Below, piece after piece: positions 24,966 to 40,083 of a DNA stretch of 64,000 nt. Source of the DNA: Eledone cirrhosa (taxonomy: Eukaryota); contig OZ024753.1 in the NCBI GenBank assembly GCA_964016885.1, forward strand, positions 3,906,001 through 3,970,000, given 5' to 3'. The first letter of the stretch is position 1; every line of letters starts with the position of its first letter. Below the pieces are notes generated by a model that saw nothing but the letters and a program-made list of their open reading frames with translations, was not told where the DNA came from and did not search any database. Made by a program: the position numbers and the translations under genes.

Positions 24966-27900
24966 TAATGTCGTACGAAGTTCTTAATTAGGTAATGTTC
25001 ACTGGAGTTAATCTTGTATGTATTCATTTAATATACATATTTATATAAATATATCTGTGTACCTTGTAAATAGTTTATGTTAATTGCTGCATACATCTGA
25101 TGTGTACTCACACCTCAAGAATTTTCGAGGATTGTTTTCACAAAAAGCACTAGTTTATGTGTGGTATTATACCCCCGCTGTATATGTTGTCCTCTCTAAT
25201 GTATGAGAGTGTAATTAGTGATCAGCTGTGTCATTTGTTATACTTGTCTTGATGTTTCGCAAATCGTTGCGATATACAATATTTGGATGTTTATTTGTTT
25301 TAATTAATTACATATGCTTGTCCGCTATATCTGGTTTTAGTTTCTTTCTGTCATATTTGCAATGTTTATTTTCCATTGTAGATTTTGTATTCAATATAAG
25401 TAGATATTTAATATATTCTATGCGTTAGTACAATAATTAATTGTTCAAGAAATGTTGTGTGGTTATGTCAGACTTTGATATATGTATTATAATAGAAATA
25501 TCTTTTCATGCGTTTTAATGTCCGTTTAAATTAGTCGTCTTTTTAAGATTTTTTTCATTATTAAACTTAGATTGTTTACTTTCAGGTGTCGAATTCTCAT
25601 GGTCCATCAGTCGTAAAAATCATAATCACACAAATAAATACCATACTATTCAAACCAGGAAATTATTTCACTAAGATTGAATAGGCTATTACAAAGACAC
25701 ATGATGCTCGGGAAATTAACCCTGATGTAACAATGTCAACAGTTAGAGGATAATAAAAGGCATTCTGCAAGATTGTAAGACGAATCAAGCTATGGTGGCA
25801 ATTGTAAATGTCTAATAGATAAGGCACTACAAAGATCACAATGAAGGATTGTAACGAGCGGAGACGCTTTCGCAAATAGCTAGAGGTGTATTAGTTAGAC
25901 GAATTGTTGGATGTTTTATATGCGTGCTTCATAGAATTTGTTTAATATATACACACACACATACTTGTGTGTGTGTTTATGTACGTATAAGCATACTTGT
26001 GTGTGTATGTGAGAGAGAGATGCTGTGCGCGTGTATGTATATGTGTGAATGTTCGAGTATTTTGGTGTAGTATTATCGAACTCAGCAGTATAAACCTATT
26101 ACATCCTACATTGTTTCTGCTACAATCAGCAGTGAATAATAATACAATATGGTAACCGTTTAAAGCGCGAGTTATATAGCAAGCTGCGTTATTTGAGAAT
26201 AATGGTGCTAAGTTGTAAATCTGAACATGTTTCGTTATCTCATATGTCCTAACATTTTGTAAATAATATTGATTTCATTTTTTTTCTATTATTTCATTTC
26301 ACTACTGCCAACGTCACGTATTCAGAAATGATAAACCGCACTAGTAAACACAAGTTACTTATAGTACTTCCGAATACGTATTGTGTAAGATGCACTATAT
26401 TCTTGGTGTAAATTGTTCACACTGGAAGCACATTTTAGTCCATACATATTAAAATACACAAATACATATACGTGATTGCCTCTCATGCCAAGAGAAATTA
26501 AGAAAGAAAAATCACACATGGAAGAAAAAAAATAATCAAATATATTTCGAAGATGTATTCATGATTTTTAGCATTCGGAATATTTTGTTTATTTGGAATT
26601 GAGACTTTTCATCAAGATCAGTAAAGCTGAATTTCCAGCCTCTTCATTCAATTCCTTGTTCTATCTTTTAAATTTGTTTCTTAAGTTCTATTTTCTGTCA
26701 TTCAACGACGTTTCAATGCACACTTCAACCAGATATGAATTGAATAGCAAAATCTGACTGAATAGTTAAACTAAGGCCACTTCACACAAGTCAGCATGTA
26801 ATTTTTCAGGCATTGATTAAAAAGCGGATGAAAACTAAATGTCAGCGAATTTATTTATTCTTAAAAAACTGATGCATGCAATTCTTCCTCTCAGATATAT
26901 AACTACATTCCCGCTATCCCCCCGCTCTATCTCTGCCATTACCACTTTCTCTATATTTCTTTCCAAATAAAACTACGTAATTCTTGTTTCTCTATATATC
27001 ATTTTTTTCTACATACCGCAATTTCATTTACTTCAAATTCAAGCATAAAATATTTATGTTTTCTTAATCTACAGCCATAACTCTAGTTAAATGAATATGT
27101 CGATATATTAATGTATTACTTTGCTTGCAATGTGGCACATATATACAATTATCCAGTCATTGGCCATATGACAGTGTTAGTGATTATATATCTATATACA
27201 ACTATTTTCTGTCAGCTATAAAATATAATATATGACAAATCTTACTTTCATGTCTGATTCTGAACACGACATGGACACTAGATGTGACAATCGGCAGAAA
27301 TAATTTGTTTAGCTTTCGATATATTTAGCTTAATTTTGTGCGGCATCAACATTCTCATTTATTTTTGTGGCATTAATAGAATATTCACCAGTCAGAATTG
27401 CTGTCGATTTTATCGACCACATATCCCTTAAAAAGAAAGACAAAGAAAATATAGCCTTGCTCTCATGTTAAAATTCAGACAAACAAAATATTTTTGCATT
27501 GAGTGTTAGAAAGCTGGATCCTGAAGATATATAAATAAATACCCGGGACCTTATTTTAATGGAATTTATTCTTATTTAAAACTGTTTTATCCCTAATGAA
27601 CGATTATTACTTCTTTTGAATGTCACTATCAAGTGCAAGTGTGGAAACCATAAAATTACATTTCTTCGTGCTCTTGTGAATCTGGATATAAAGAGATGGC
27701 GTCTCTTAACTGCATTTCTTTGCACTCGATAATACCATAGCTTGTGTAAAATGGTATACAGAGATCGTTTTTAAATCAAATCCATCCATTACTTATAGCA
27801 TCACTGATGTTTTCTTTCCAATACTCAGACGTCAAGCTAATTCGAAGTGACTAGAAGCAGTTAGTTGTACAAAAAAACCATAAAATCATTTAAATTTATC

Positions 27901-28242
27901 AGGCATATGTAGTTCGGAGGTGAAACTTTAATTTATATATTATGCTAACATTTGTTAGGCGAACAAATGTCCACAGTCTATTACTCTCTCATTCATGTGA
28001 ATGGAATGTTAACTATTCATAGCTATATAGAAATATATTTGCAAGCACTATGATTGAAATGGTTAACACGAAATCCAATATAGATGACAAGATAGATCTG
28101 ATATTTCAGTTCAGCAACATCTGAATACATAGAATTCATACATGTTTGTACACCTATGTATGTATACACACTTAAAATATACACACTTAAAATATACACG
28201 CATATATATATATATATATATATATATAAGAGAGATATTGGT

Positions 28243-29362
28243 TGGTTGGTTGGTTGGTTCCTTCGTGAAGCACACAGAAACGAACAGGGACAATCGAAAA
28301 GTAAGCACAGGGTATACTGAGGAATGTTTAACGATACTCATTTTTTGTTTAAATCAAAAGAAGAAAAACATCCCAGGTATGCTAACCAAACCCACTGCTA
28401 TGTATAGCAGGTTGGGTGACAAACAAGCGATTCTCTCTACGCGTCCGTTATCAGCGATGCTCGTGTTTCGTGGCCAGCGTCTCCATGGAATCGAACGCTG
28501 ATTTTTACACACACACACACACACACTATTATACAGAACTAACTATGCAAATAAGACCGCAGACTGTCCTGACCTTTAAACAAACACATAGAATCTAGGT
28601 CAATACTGAAGCGAAGCCTAAATTAAACGCCTAAACCTAACCTCAAACACAATCCATTTAGCTGTTATATCAATTACCTAGATACACCCTTAAATCAATA
28701 AGTTACACTTATCCTTATATTCCATAAAACCAACTGTGGCCCGCGCCAACCACTGGAATGGGGAAAGCGACCGTTACCAAGCCGTCTTACATCTGCAACG
28801 ACTAGGATCCCATTATGTAGTAGAAAATGCTCATCGCTTTCTTTGATTCTACTGACAAATAAATCCTAATAAATTAACCACACCGATTCAAAATACAAAC
28901 CTTATAACCCCTGAAACGGCATGATGCAATGTACCTGGAAGTTTGCATCTAAAACGCCACAGCGCATACAGCACTATATGAAAATTCTAATGTATTATCG
29001 GTATAAATGAAATAATCCAAACTGATAAATACTACTTAAATATGATATCTAGATGCAATATAAAATTATGTACATTTTCCTAATCACATGACAGACATAC
29101 ATACACACAGGCATAGACACACACACACACATATATATATAAATAAACAAATAAACAAACACACAGACACCCGGATGTGGAGCATGCGCAGACTGAGCAC
29201 ACAACACACACACAGACACAAAATGGCGTAGGACAGAACAAAGGAGAGGCACAGAAACAAAGAAAGGAATCCTCAGTCACTGAAGAGGTCACAGAGTGTG
29301 TGACGAAAGAACTATGACTATATATAAACAACTATCTGGTTGTGGAACCAACCAACCAACCA
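28243..29362 (+). mobile_element. Putative Penelope-like element remnant with terminal HHR and inverted ends
   Basis: 19-bp inverted repeat TGGTTGGTTGGTTGGTTCC (28243-28261) / GGAACCAACCAACCAACCA (29344-29362); HHR at 29275; only faint GIY-YIG-like peptide scraps inside (GESDR, LEVCI, KPKLN). Confidence 0.45.
29275..29319 (+). ncRNA. Minimal type I hammerhead ribozyme motif
   Basis: AGTCA-CTGAAGA-G GTCACA GAGTG TGTGAC-GAAA-GAAC-TA-TGACT; CUA triplet; one extra G at the base of stem II. Confidence 0.75.
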
Positions 29363-30050
29363 GAAATTTATAAATTTATAAATTTATTATAAATTTATTA
29401 TAATAAGCTGAAGTGAAAGCAACTGGTGCGTGTGTTTCTTATTGGCAACATGACCCTCCCAAAGTATAACAATATATATTATATATATATATATATACTT
29501 ATGTAAATACAAACATAATTTGAAAGCGGTCTAATGGAGAATTTTAAAAATCGCAAGAGTTATCGTATGTATTCTTTCCTACTAAAATCGGCTTAATATA
29601 CGATAAGCTTGCAATCTTCCCATTTTCACCCGAAGGATTAAATAATTAAGGAAAACGGTGGTCATTCGGCCAAGAAGCATGCACAGTTACATATCCTTGC
29701 AGGATCCCACCATAAACTTGAGAGGAGGCTAATCAGAATGCCAGGAAAGAGATATCATGCTCCCAACGGTTCAACGAATACCAGTCGAGAGTGCCAATTA
29801 TTTACAACAGTATGTATAGATGTGTGTGCGTGTATACTTGTGTTTATGTGTATTTTGGTAGCAATGGAGAGAGAGGGAGAGAGAGGGAGGGAGAGAATGA
29901 GGAAATACAAATTTAGATGATAAAGTCCTTTATCAACAAAGGAATTACTCATCTAAACTTTGTATTTCCTTATTCTATAAATACTCCGTCACTTCCGTGT
30001 GGAAAATGCACGTTGAGCTCTCGAATAGAATGGCATCACTATCTTTACAG

Positions 30051-30089
<39 letters not shown>

Positions 30090-30091
<2 letters not shown>

Positions 30092-30200
30092 AAGGCGGGT
30101 AAAATTCCCGAGATCCATGGACGAGTTCTCTCCAGCGGTCTCTGTCCCTCATCATTGCTGCCATATCCTGCATCTCCAACAGACCAGTGTCTGTCCTTAG
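30090..30200 (-). mobile_element. RTE-like LINE extreme 3' end embedded in (TA)n
   Basis: Closely similar to 49064-49172 (GAGATCCATGGACGAGTTCTCTCCAGC.GTCTCTGTCCCTCATCATTGCTGC). Confidence 0.8.
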
Positions 30201-30302
30201 GTAGATATATATATATATATATATATATATAGTTCAAGGAGACAACAAATGTACACAAATCTTATTAATTTCACACTTTATATTGCCAAAAGGAAAGAAA
30301 GT

Positions 30303-30336
30303 TCAACGTGTCGGGGTTAAGCCCTTCTTAAGGAGT
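30303..30336 (-). ncRNA. Strongly decayed hammerhead-like motif
   Basis: Minus strand: CTTAAGA-AGGGCTTAACCCC-GACA-CG-TT; two core substitutions relative to CTGAAGA..GAAA-CG-TH and a weak stem I. Confidence 0.3.
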
Positions 30337-31327
30337 ATGTATGTATGTATATATATATGTATATAAGTATAGAACCAGCTTCAAACTAGTTAGACCGTTA
30401 CACAACAGAGTACGCGATGCTTGGGGGTAGTAGAGTTTGGTATATTATAATTAGTCGGGACTAGGCGGCTGAGCTCTCACCGTTTCAACAGTTAGTTCCA
30501 CACTACTGATAAAAGTAAAGGAAACTCACATAGCAAAGTGATACATTACAATGAAGATATATACATGCATAACGTTTGGGATAGTAGGAAAAGTGTCTTA
30601 ATTATTCGAGCGATACTCTTTCATCGGAAGATAGAATGAGAAATAAGAGATGAAATAGAAATATAGATGAGTGTGAGATAAGGAACAATAAGAAAACATT
30701 TTTCTGTGAAAACATACATGTTCTGTAAGCCGTTTTAAACACACATACACACACACGTAAACTCGAATATACAGACACACATTTATACACACACAAACAC
30801 AATAATAGTAGTACTAATTTTATAATATAGTTATTGAGTAATAATCAGGAGTTCCTAAACAAAATAACTCTATATATGGCTCGATACAGGTAGAAGCAAT
30901 TGTTAGTGTACAAATGCATTAACTCTAGTTTTAGTTACAGGTGTAAGCCTAACGATTTGTATAATGCAACACCAGTTTATGCAGTGGTGTCCGAGACGCG
31001 TCTCAATAGTACATAGACTGACCAAAATACTCCTCTCAATGAAAGACCAAATTAGGTTTATTTTTCAACGTAGTCCATCGAAAGGAGCAATGAGATTATT
31101 AATAAGAAATGTTGAAATTAATGCATGCAAGATTACACGGCTGTAGCATGCATAGCAATCCTACATAGTCGTCCTATGAACGTTTCAGCCGACCTTTGCA
31201 TTGAATCAAACAAACTTGGCAAAATGGGGGCTTTACACTTCACTCTATTGTATTCATAGGCAGCGAAATTTTACTTTTTCAGTACGTGGTAATCTATCGT
31301 CTTATTTTTGCTAATGTAAATCACTGC

Positions 31328-31593
31328 CATCTGCAAGCGACGCCTGGGCTGGTTTGGGCACGCTTTGAGACTTCCCCTGGAGAGACTGGCGAACCAAGTA
31401 CTTAAATGGAACCCACAGGGAAGCAGACGGAGAGGGTGACCCAAAATGAACTGGCACCAGACAGTTGAGAGGGACCTGCGAGCGACAAACAGACAATGGC
31501 GGGACGCTGTGCAACTGACTGCTGACCGAACGCGGTGGAACACTATGATAGCCTCATGCGTCGCAAGACGCGGGAGCTTCTGAGTCTGAGTCT
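31328..31593 (+). mobile_element. 5'-truncated RTE LINE with 11-bp TSD
   Basis: ICKRRLGWFGHALRLPLERLANQVLKWNPQGSRRRG*PKMNW...DRTRW; (CTGAGT)2 tail; TSD TAAATCACTGC at 31317-31327 and 31594-31604. Confidence 0.9.
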
Positions 31594-32199
31594 TAAATCA
31601 CTGCTTAGTATTTTTAGCGAATGTTGCTAACGTTTCATATACTATTATTTGTATTACATGGTGTTTATTTGTTGGGACCGACGAAGAGACAATCTTATGA
31701 TTGTATTGTTGTAGCCTTCTGTGTTATGTTATAATTATTATTGACTTCACAGCATGCTTTTCAGATAACTGTATGTCATATATAAATGCAACATCATAAA
31801 CTAAAGATTGTGAACCATCGAATGTCGGTGTGTAGTTCATTTGCTTTAAAATATTTTATGATAAAATTCAATATTGCATATGCTGGCCTCCTACGTATAT
31901 AGAAGAAATAAACATAGAAATTCTATTCATTTATTTGTAAAGAATGTCGGTTGATTATAACATTGAGTTGCGATGAAGAAAATAATACTAATTAATGCTT
32001 TAAATATTTGAGTTCATATTAACGCTGTTGCTATTGTGTTTAATTATTTAACATAGTATGATTATGAATTGCTTTTCTTCTTCATCCCTCCCACTTGTTC
32101 CCAAAAGGATCGTGAAAGCAGGCGTACAGCTCTCTTCCTTCTCGCGATGCTTTAATGAACAAACTCCAGCATTTCTGCATTTAATGAAGCTTCTCGTTG

Positions 32200-32290
32200 T
32201 TCTATGTTCGTGAAAATAGGATAGAGGATACTTGAAATTTTCCACCTGCTTTAGCGTAAATTCATTCAAATAAAGAGCGCATCGCGAAAG
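32200..32290 (-). mobile_element. RTE-like reverse transcriptase scrap
   Basis: LKQVENFKYPLS resembles the RT motif LxQVxxFKYLGS; heavily decayed. Confidence 0.4.
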
Positions 32291-34089
32291 CTTTCTTGTA
32301 TGAAGGGATGAACCAATACTCGAGAATAAATTTTAGGTATCCATCTTTTGTCGAAGATCAGGCTACACATTTTACACCGACCTCTTGAAACCAGGCTGCG
32401 AATGTCACTCCCATTGGTTTTGAGTGTAAATATTACAGAAATTATTTTACAATATATATAGGAATGGACTGTAAAGGACAGAGAGACAGATATACACGAG
32501 TTCATAGAAAGTTCCGTATTTATATGTCCGTGACAGGCAACCCTAGGAATAAAATTCCTATGAAGAGCAGCAAGCATCTAAAATAGGAAAATCTTCCTTA
32601 TTTTAGAAATAGCACAGGAATAATGCGAAATCAATCAGCAATTATTCAAATCAAAGGGTTATAATAAAAATTAGAAAAAGAATATCAATGACTGAAGTAC
32701 CACTCGGAACATCGAGTTATTCAGGCGTTTTGAAACACACCCTCACCAAACACACATACAATATATAAATATACCCACACAGTGCATGTGTGCAATTTTT
32801 TGCAAAAACCGTCACATCATTTCCGTACACGCTGCTAAACTCACTCACTATATGAAAGTGTAATATTGTGCATTATGCTGCATGATCCGTAAAATCAATT
32901 TGAGGACCAAAGCGAGTAATTGTAATATACAGTTATTAATATAGTATATAATACACTTCCATAATTTTGTCGATTACTGGATATGGTATCAATATGAACA
33001 CTCTGTACTATATTAGAGGGTGTACATTAAGCACGATATAGCGAAATTTTGTTGTATCGAGAATTATCTATGCTTCAAAGAAAATTGGCTTGAGATATGT
33101 GTGTGTATGTGCGTGCGCGTGAGCCTGTGCGTGCGTGTGTGTAATAAAACAAGTGTATATATATATATATATATATATATACATACACACACATACATAT
33201 TGGTTTCTACCTGTTTATAGTAGAGTCGGGAACGTTAGGACGGCTTTGAATGCTTTACTTTTGGCTTCCTTCGAACGACCATTTTCATAAATCTAAAATA
33301 TGTATAAACGAAACCAGAGCTTCAATCAGATAGTTTCTTATGAAAAATATAATTATATATAAACATATTTTTGACGAATATATAACTGTTTCAAAATCGT
33401 TAACTGAACTAACAGCGTAGTAAAATTAACATTTGAATATCTGGCTCAAAACCCGACTTAGTGTTTTAATAGAACGACCTGATCTATGGTGTATCTGCAG
33501 TTTCTCTAATAAAATTGTCCCGTGAAAGTATATTGTCACGTGTCCACGGTGTTTGGGTTCACATTTGCAATGTTCCAGCTCCTGTCACCATACTGGTGGA
33601 CGCGATGTATCATTTGATACAGTTCAAGTTCAGCCAGTTGTAAATGAATACCAGATGCAGTTGTGTATAAGTTCTGTAACGGAATAGCGTCCTGTACCAA
33701 AAGTGCGTTCCCTACTAAATACGCTAACTTTCCATGCATGCGGAATAAGCCCCGGTCTTTGTGCTAGAATAAAGAAATTGACGTAATACTATAGCTGAGT
33801 AAATATGACTTGAATCTTATATTTTAAATAAGATAAAGTAAAATTCTACAGAGAAATATAAATTTGGCGTAGTAATATTTTTAATTTGCTGAGATATTAT
33901 GTAACGAAATCATTATATAAAATGCTTTCCACCTATTGTTCAAACTTAACCTTTTGAGCATTAGTAAAATAAGTTATAATATTTTAAGTTTGATAACATC
34001 TTTCGTTAGTTGATATCAATATTAAATCATGTATGTTCTAGAAATTTAGATCAAATTAACATGATTTTGCTTGACATAATTATATTTGA

Positions 34090-34280
34090 TTTAGGCACAA
34101 GACCAATGATGCTGGGGTGGTAAAATCGGTTACATTGACACCAGCAATTTATTTTACCGACCGCGGAAGAGTAAAAAGCAATGTTGGCCGCTGCGGAATT
34201 TGAACGCAAAAAAAAAGCTGAAAAAGAAAAATGCTGCAAAGTATTTTGTCAGCCATGCTAACAATTCCCCAAACCCATCA
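34090..34280 (-). mobile_element. Old SINE copy
   Basis: TTTAGGCACAAGACCA tail, TTTATTTTACCGACC central domain and GGAATTTGAACGCA reverse B box. Confidence 0.65.
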
Positions 34281-34468
34281 CATTGCAGTTGATGAAAATG
34301 CCATGTTGCTGCATGCTTCATTTTCTGATATCGATGATTAAAAAAATATATATGTATATATATATACATCCGACTTGGAAAGCAAACGTTAATAATCTAA
34401 TAGTTGGTTCCAATGCTGATATAGTTTTTTAATCAATTTCATTATGCAACGGGTATATATATATATAT

Positions 34469-34519
<51 letters not shown>

Positions 34520-35375
34520 GATAAACACTATAAATGAAATAAAATAAAGCTTTCAAATCAAAAATGAAAGTTGAACGATTAAATAAAATAAATTGCAATA
34601 AATATACGGTAAAAATTAAATTAAAGATTATATTGAAATTGGAATTAGGTATATATTTGCCTTGCTTTAATATCTTGTTAGAAATCAACTGTATGATATG
34701 CGTCAATGCTGTACATTTATGTTATATTTTATGTTGCAAAATATCAGATTAAATTGATATAACATGCTTAGAAAGGCGTGTTACTTGATGTTTCATAGCG
34801 GGATTGATTTGTAGGAATCGCTCACAAATGCAGGTTCAATAGCTTATATGAATATGCCTGATGTAATGATAAAGATTGGAACCTTATGTTGAGATCTATC
34901 GTTTAAAAAAACAAATAATCTTTCCTAGTGTTTAAAAAAGGTCATACAAAATTAAACCTGTAGATGTTTGAAATTGTCAGAGAGTAAGATAAGAAACGTT
35001 TATTGCTTTAAAAATAAGGGCAATGAACTAATCTTAAGAAAAGCATTATGTGTATATTTGGGCATCTTTAAGGCTATAATTCTGTATTTTTATCAAATTT
35101 ACGATGCAGTCTACACATAATCGGGTAGGCTTCCAAAACTTTGAATACTATGAATTAAGTAGATTGTATAGCAAACATTTTTTGGGGAATTATAACAATA
35201 AATTCAGAAAATGAAAAAAAATATACGAGATCATGCTTGGAGAACAGTAAACAACTATTCTTATTAGGATTTGGGTAATTCACGACATGAAGCCACATTT
35301 GATTGTAATCCGAATGTATCACTTCCAAAATAAGATATTGACATATATATATACTACTGCGTGTTAACGCATATG

Positions 35376-35410
<35 letters not shown>

Positions 35411-35950
35411 GCTTTAAGACGTTTCCTACTTTATCTGGCTGTATTATCAACTCATATATATATACATGTGTGTGTGCGCGTGTGTATATATATATATATA
35501 TATATATGCTTAGTTAATTCAATTTTGACTTTCTATTCATCTATTGTACAAGACTAAATCCATACACCCAAGTAAAATCGTATTCATCGAAACATATTCT
35601 ATCGCTTGTGTCAACATGACCATATAAGGTGTATGTTAAATAAACAAAACAAGATAAAACAGGAAGAAAGGTAGCTAAAAATGTCAAGTGATTCTCTATT
35701 ATACATAAGGCGCGCTGATTTTCAAATTTCAAATCCCAAAACACTACAGGAATCAAACTAAATTTGGATATCCGTAGAAGACAACACATCAATTGGAAAA
35801 ATACGTGAGAAACTACAGGATATGTTGAATCATTTATTTATTTTTTCGCTGTGTTATTCTATATAAACTACTATATACGTCTATTTGAATGTTAACCTTA
35901 CTACAACATTTCTCTAAACAATACGTATTTCTATGTATATGCATACACAG

Positions 35951-35982
<32 letters not shown>

Positions 35983-35995
35983 GCATACATATATA

Positions 35996-36868
35996 GATAT
36001 ATAGTTATATTTATATATATATAGTTATATTTATATATATATAGTTATATTTATATATATATAGTTATATTTATATATATATAGTTATATTTATATTTAT
36101 ATATATATATATAGTTATATTTATATTTATATATATATATATAGTTATATTTATATATATATATATAGTTATATTTATATATATATATATAGTTATATTT
36201 ATATATATATATAGTTATATTTATATATATATATAGTTATATTTATATATATATATAGTTATATTTATATATATATAGTTATATTTATATATATATATAG
36301 TTATATTTATATATATATAGTTATATTTATATATATATAGTTATATTTATATATATATAGTTATATTTATATATATATAGTTATATTTATATATATATAA
36401 TTATATTTATATATATATAGTTATATTTATATATATATAGTTATATTTATATATATATATGTGGTTATATTTATATAGTTATATTTATATATATATATGT
36501 GGTTATATTTTTATATATATATGGTTATATTTTTATATATATATGTTTATATTTATATGGTTTATCTATATATATATATATATATAGTTATATGTTTTAT
36601 GTATATATAGTTATATTTATATGTTTTATATATATATAGTTTATTTATATATATATATATATAGGGTTTATTTATTTATATATATATATGGTTTATTTAT
36701 ATATATATATAGGGTTTATTTATTTATATATATATATGGTTTATTTATTTAATATATATATATATAGTTTTATTTATTTAATATATATAGTTTATTTATT
36801 TATATATATATAGATATTTATTTATTTATATATATATAGATATTTATTTATTTATATATATATAGATA

Positions 36869-36900
<32 letters not shown>
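35996..36900. repeat. AT-rich minisatellite (GTTATATT(TA)n) grading into GGTTTATT/GATATTTATT variants
   Basis: Directly visible ~20-24 bp unit with a variable TA run. Confidence 0.95.
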
Positions 36901-38156
36901 CATATGGCTATATATATCATTACTTTTTCATCCATGGATTTTTCCTTGTTAAACAACAACTACTCCTACTATTTCATATTTTGCTTGTTTCATATAATCG
37001 CGGCTCATTACTATATTTGATCATCATCATCATTGTCTATATCCCTATCACTAGCACCAGATACCATTTCGATCACTAGCTATGTCAGCGGTGTCACGAT
37101 GCCTTTCACAGTCGCTCCTGTCATCCTTATTACAACCACAACCATTAGCATTTTCACTACCATCAATATAATCCCTAAAACTATTACCTTTTGTATTACC
37201 AGGAAGAGAACCTCCCCTTCCTCTAACCCAGACACACGACTATCAGTAAAATCAGCAAGCATCTTAGACTCCACTTCTCATCCCACAACAATAACTACAT
37301 TATCTATAGTACATCTCATGTTTGCACATTCCACTCTTTCATTAATTCCTTGTCGTTTGACATTTAATATATATTCTCAATTGTCTTACATTTGTCGATA
37401 TCTTTATTACGATGCTTGTTAATGTTTTTGTTTTTATTATTGTTGTTGATACAATTGTACTCATAGTAAATATTGTTTTCCTTTTGTTGCTGTTGCTATA
37501 TATAAAGTGGTTATTATTGTTTCTGTTGCAATTCTGGTTACAGTTTTTTTAATCGATATAATTGCATATATAATAGATGTTGTTGTTATTGAAGTTATTG
37601 TTGCCGTTGTAGGTGGATTTTTTTATATAGTAGCTGTTAGTTTTGTTATTGCAGTTGTTGCTTCTCGCTGTGTTATTGATATTTCTGCAGTCATAATAGC
37701 CGGATTTGTTGCTGTCTTGTCACAGTTATCGTCGATATAATTCGTCTTATATAATTTGTTAATATTGTAGTTTTTTAGTGTATTTATTGACTTTCGTATC
37801 TGATTATCATTGAAACACTTCATGTGTATATATGTGCCTTCCTTATCTCCCAACTCACCATCTTGTTAAATATTTACCCTCGGGGCTTTAACTCCTTTCT
37901 GCCTAATCATATATGCATATAAATTATGGAGACATTGTTCTGACAATATATCAATATGTCACTTTACCTCTATACATATCTATCTGTCTCTGCGCGCACT
38001 CACACACATACATAAGTTTAAATGAATTAATACAACCAGGTAAAGGCGAAACTTCAAGGGTTATGTACACACAAATATATATATATATAGATGGATATAT
38101 ATATAGAGAGAGAATTGAAAAAGTGAAGAATAGCATGGTCAACAGTACAAAAAATA

Positions 38157-38266
38157 CAGTTTATGATGACATGATTGAGCTAAGATCGTAGTTGAAATTG
38201 AGTGGCACTGCTTCTAGTGTTCAGCAATTTTTAGACAACTTAATCAGAGAAACAATTGTTAGACTG
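38157..38266 (+). ncRNA. Type I hammerhead ribozyme motif (C3>A), enclosed by a 42-bp inverted repeat
   Basis: CAGTTT-ATGATGA-CA TGATTGAG...CTTAATCA GA-GAAA-CAATTG-TT-AGACTG; inverted repeat 38113-38154 / 38280-38321 with 1 mismatch. Confidence 0.72.
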
Positions 38267-40051
38267 AAAATACATCCCCTTTTTTGTACTGTTGACCATG
38301 TTATTCTTCACTTTTTCAATTTTATTACTCCAAGATAAACTTACATAGGAATACAAGTGAAATCATAAACTCGTCATCTACTCGTCATCTCTTGTTGAGT
38401 CAAACAACGCTGTACGCTAAAACTATCCATAATAAGAAGTATTCACAACCTCTAACTGGATTACCTATAACGATATTTAGTTATCCCTTATATATATATA
38501 TATATTAGATAAATACCATCGGACTGCTATAGAGGTCTATACTTTGTCGTTATTATTGTTCTTGTCCGAAGATAGATCAATTGCTGAATATCCAAAAGAA
38601 CGCCATAACTATAGAACGACATACTCTCAAACTAATAAGAAAAAGGGCAGGCAATTAGATAGATGGGAAACAGGTATTTGGGTAGATATATAGATAGGTG
38701 TGTATATAGCTAGCAGTAAATAACTTCATATCTAACTTCCGATTATTTTGTTAACGCTTTTTACTATAGCATACATACTATGTTATTCTTCCATGTTATT
38801 TATATATATATATAAATACACACTTACTTGCATTTCATAAATAACTGTTTAATTATTTCTCTAATCTGATCATCAATCATGATCTAACCGATCATTTATT
38901 TCTGAACAACCCCATTATCTAGTTGTCTCTACACCTGAGCTGCAACCAGCAGATATTTTTATTTCTGTTCACTTGGTCATCAAGCTGCACTCGTTGTCCT
39001 TATACTCTGACCAAAAATTGGATAACCCCTTTATTTGTTATATCCACAACCATCCTTTAGTTGCTCATGTGTCCTCGATCATGAAGCTTGTGAAAGTTAT
39101 TTTCTAATCCAATTCGCCAAAAACATCTCTTAAAACCCTCTAATCTTGATCTTCAAACATATCACCTAGCTGTTCAGGAACCCATGATCATCGAAGTGTC
39201 ATCAATATCTTCTTGTACTACTCATATTAGCATCTTTATGGGACTAATCCTGCACTCAAGATCTTCCAAAGCACCAACTTACTGCTCTCGTGCGCCTCTG
39301 ATCATAAAAAACATGTGGTAGTTAATTTTGTACTCCCGCTTTTTTTACATCATATAGATACAATTGTCTTTCCTAATTTCTAATCAATACTACCATTATT
39401 CTTGTCATCCATAGCTTATATCTTATATTCTATAACTTAGACTCCTATAATTTCAAAATATTCTTTATTCTTACTGTCGTTATTTTTGTTGATATAGTTG
39501 TGGTTGTTATCGTTCATCATCATCAAAATCATCTTATCTTTTTCTTCTCATATTCATTATTAGTATTATAAATATTATTAATGGTATTATTAGAGTTATT
39601 ATTACTTTTATTATTTTCATCATCATCGCCCTCATCTCCAGAAAATCCTTCATTTTCATTCTTGTTTCTCTCCTCTTTTTACTCAACTACCTCCGTAAAG
39701 TTTCTTGTACTTCGTTTTATTGTTGTTGTCGCCATCATCCCACTCCACTCCTTTCTTCATTTACATAATGTCTTCTTCATACATCCCATTCTCCATTCAA
39801 TTAGAGAAAATCGATAATAGAGAGAGAGAGAGAGAGAGAGAGCTAGTATGGGTGTGGGGTTACGTATCACTAGATCGACATCAGTTTCTTTTCCTCATAA
39901 ACCACCTAAATACAAAATGGAGAACCCACTCCCCTATAAAAAATCTCGCAAAAAAGCGAAAATTAATACAAACATCAACCACAATTACATGGATTCTCCT
40001 CTCGTCCTCTCTCTCTCTCTATACATATACATACATATATTTATATGTACT

Positions 40052-40083
<32 letters not shown>

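Noticed and set aside
35414-35455. Minus-strand TTGATAA...GAAACGTC between TA runs
   Set aside because: Two core mismatches and almost no stem I; it may be a fossil HHR but cannot be supported.
38940-39300. CR1/L2-like RT remnant on the minus strand (FL...QRVQLD)
   Set aside because: Only a single weak motif; needs an HMM search.
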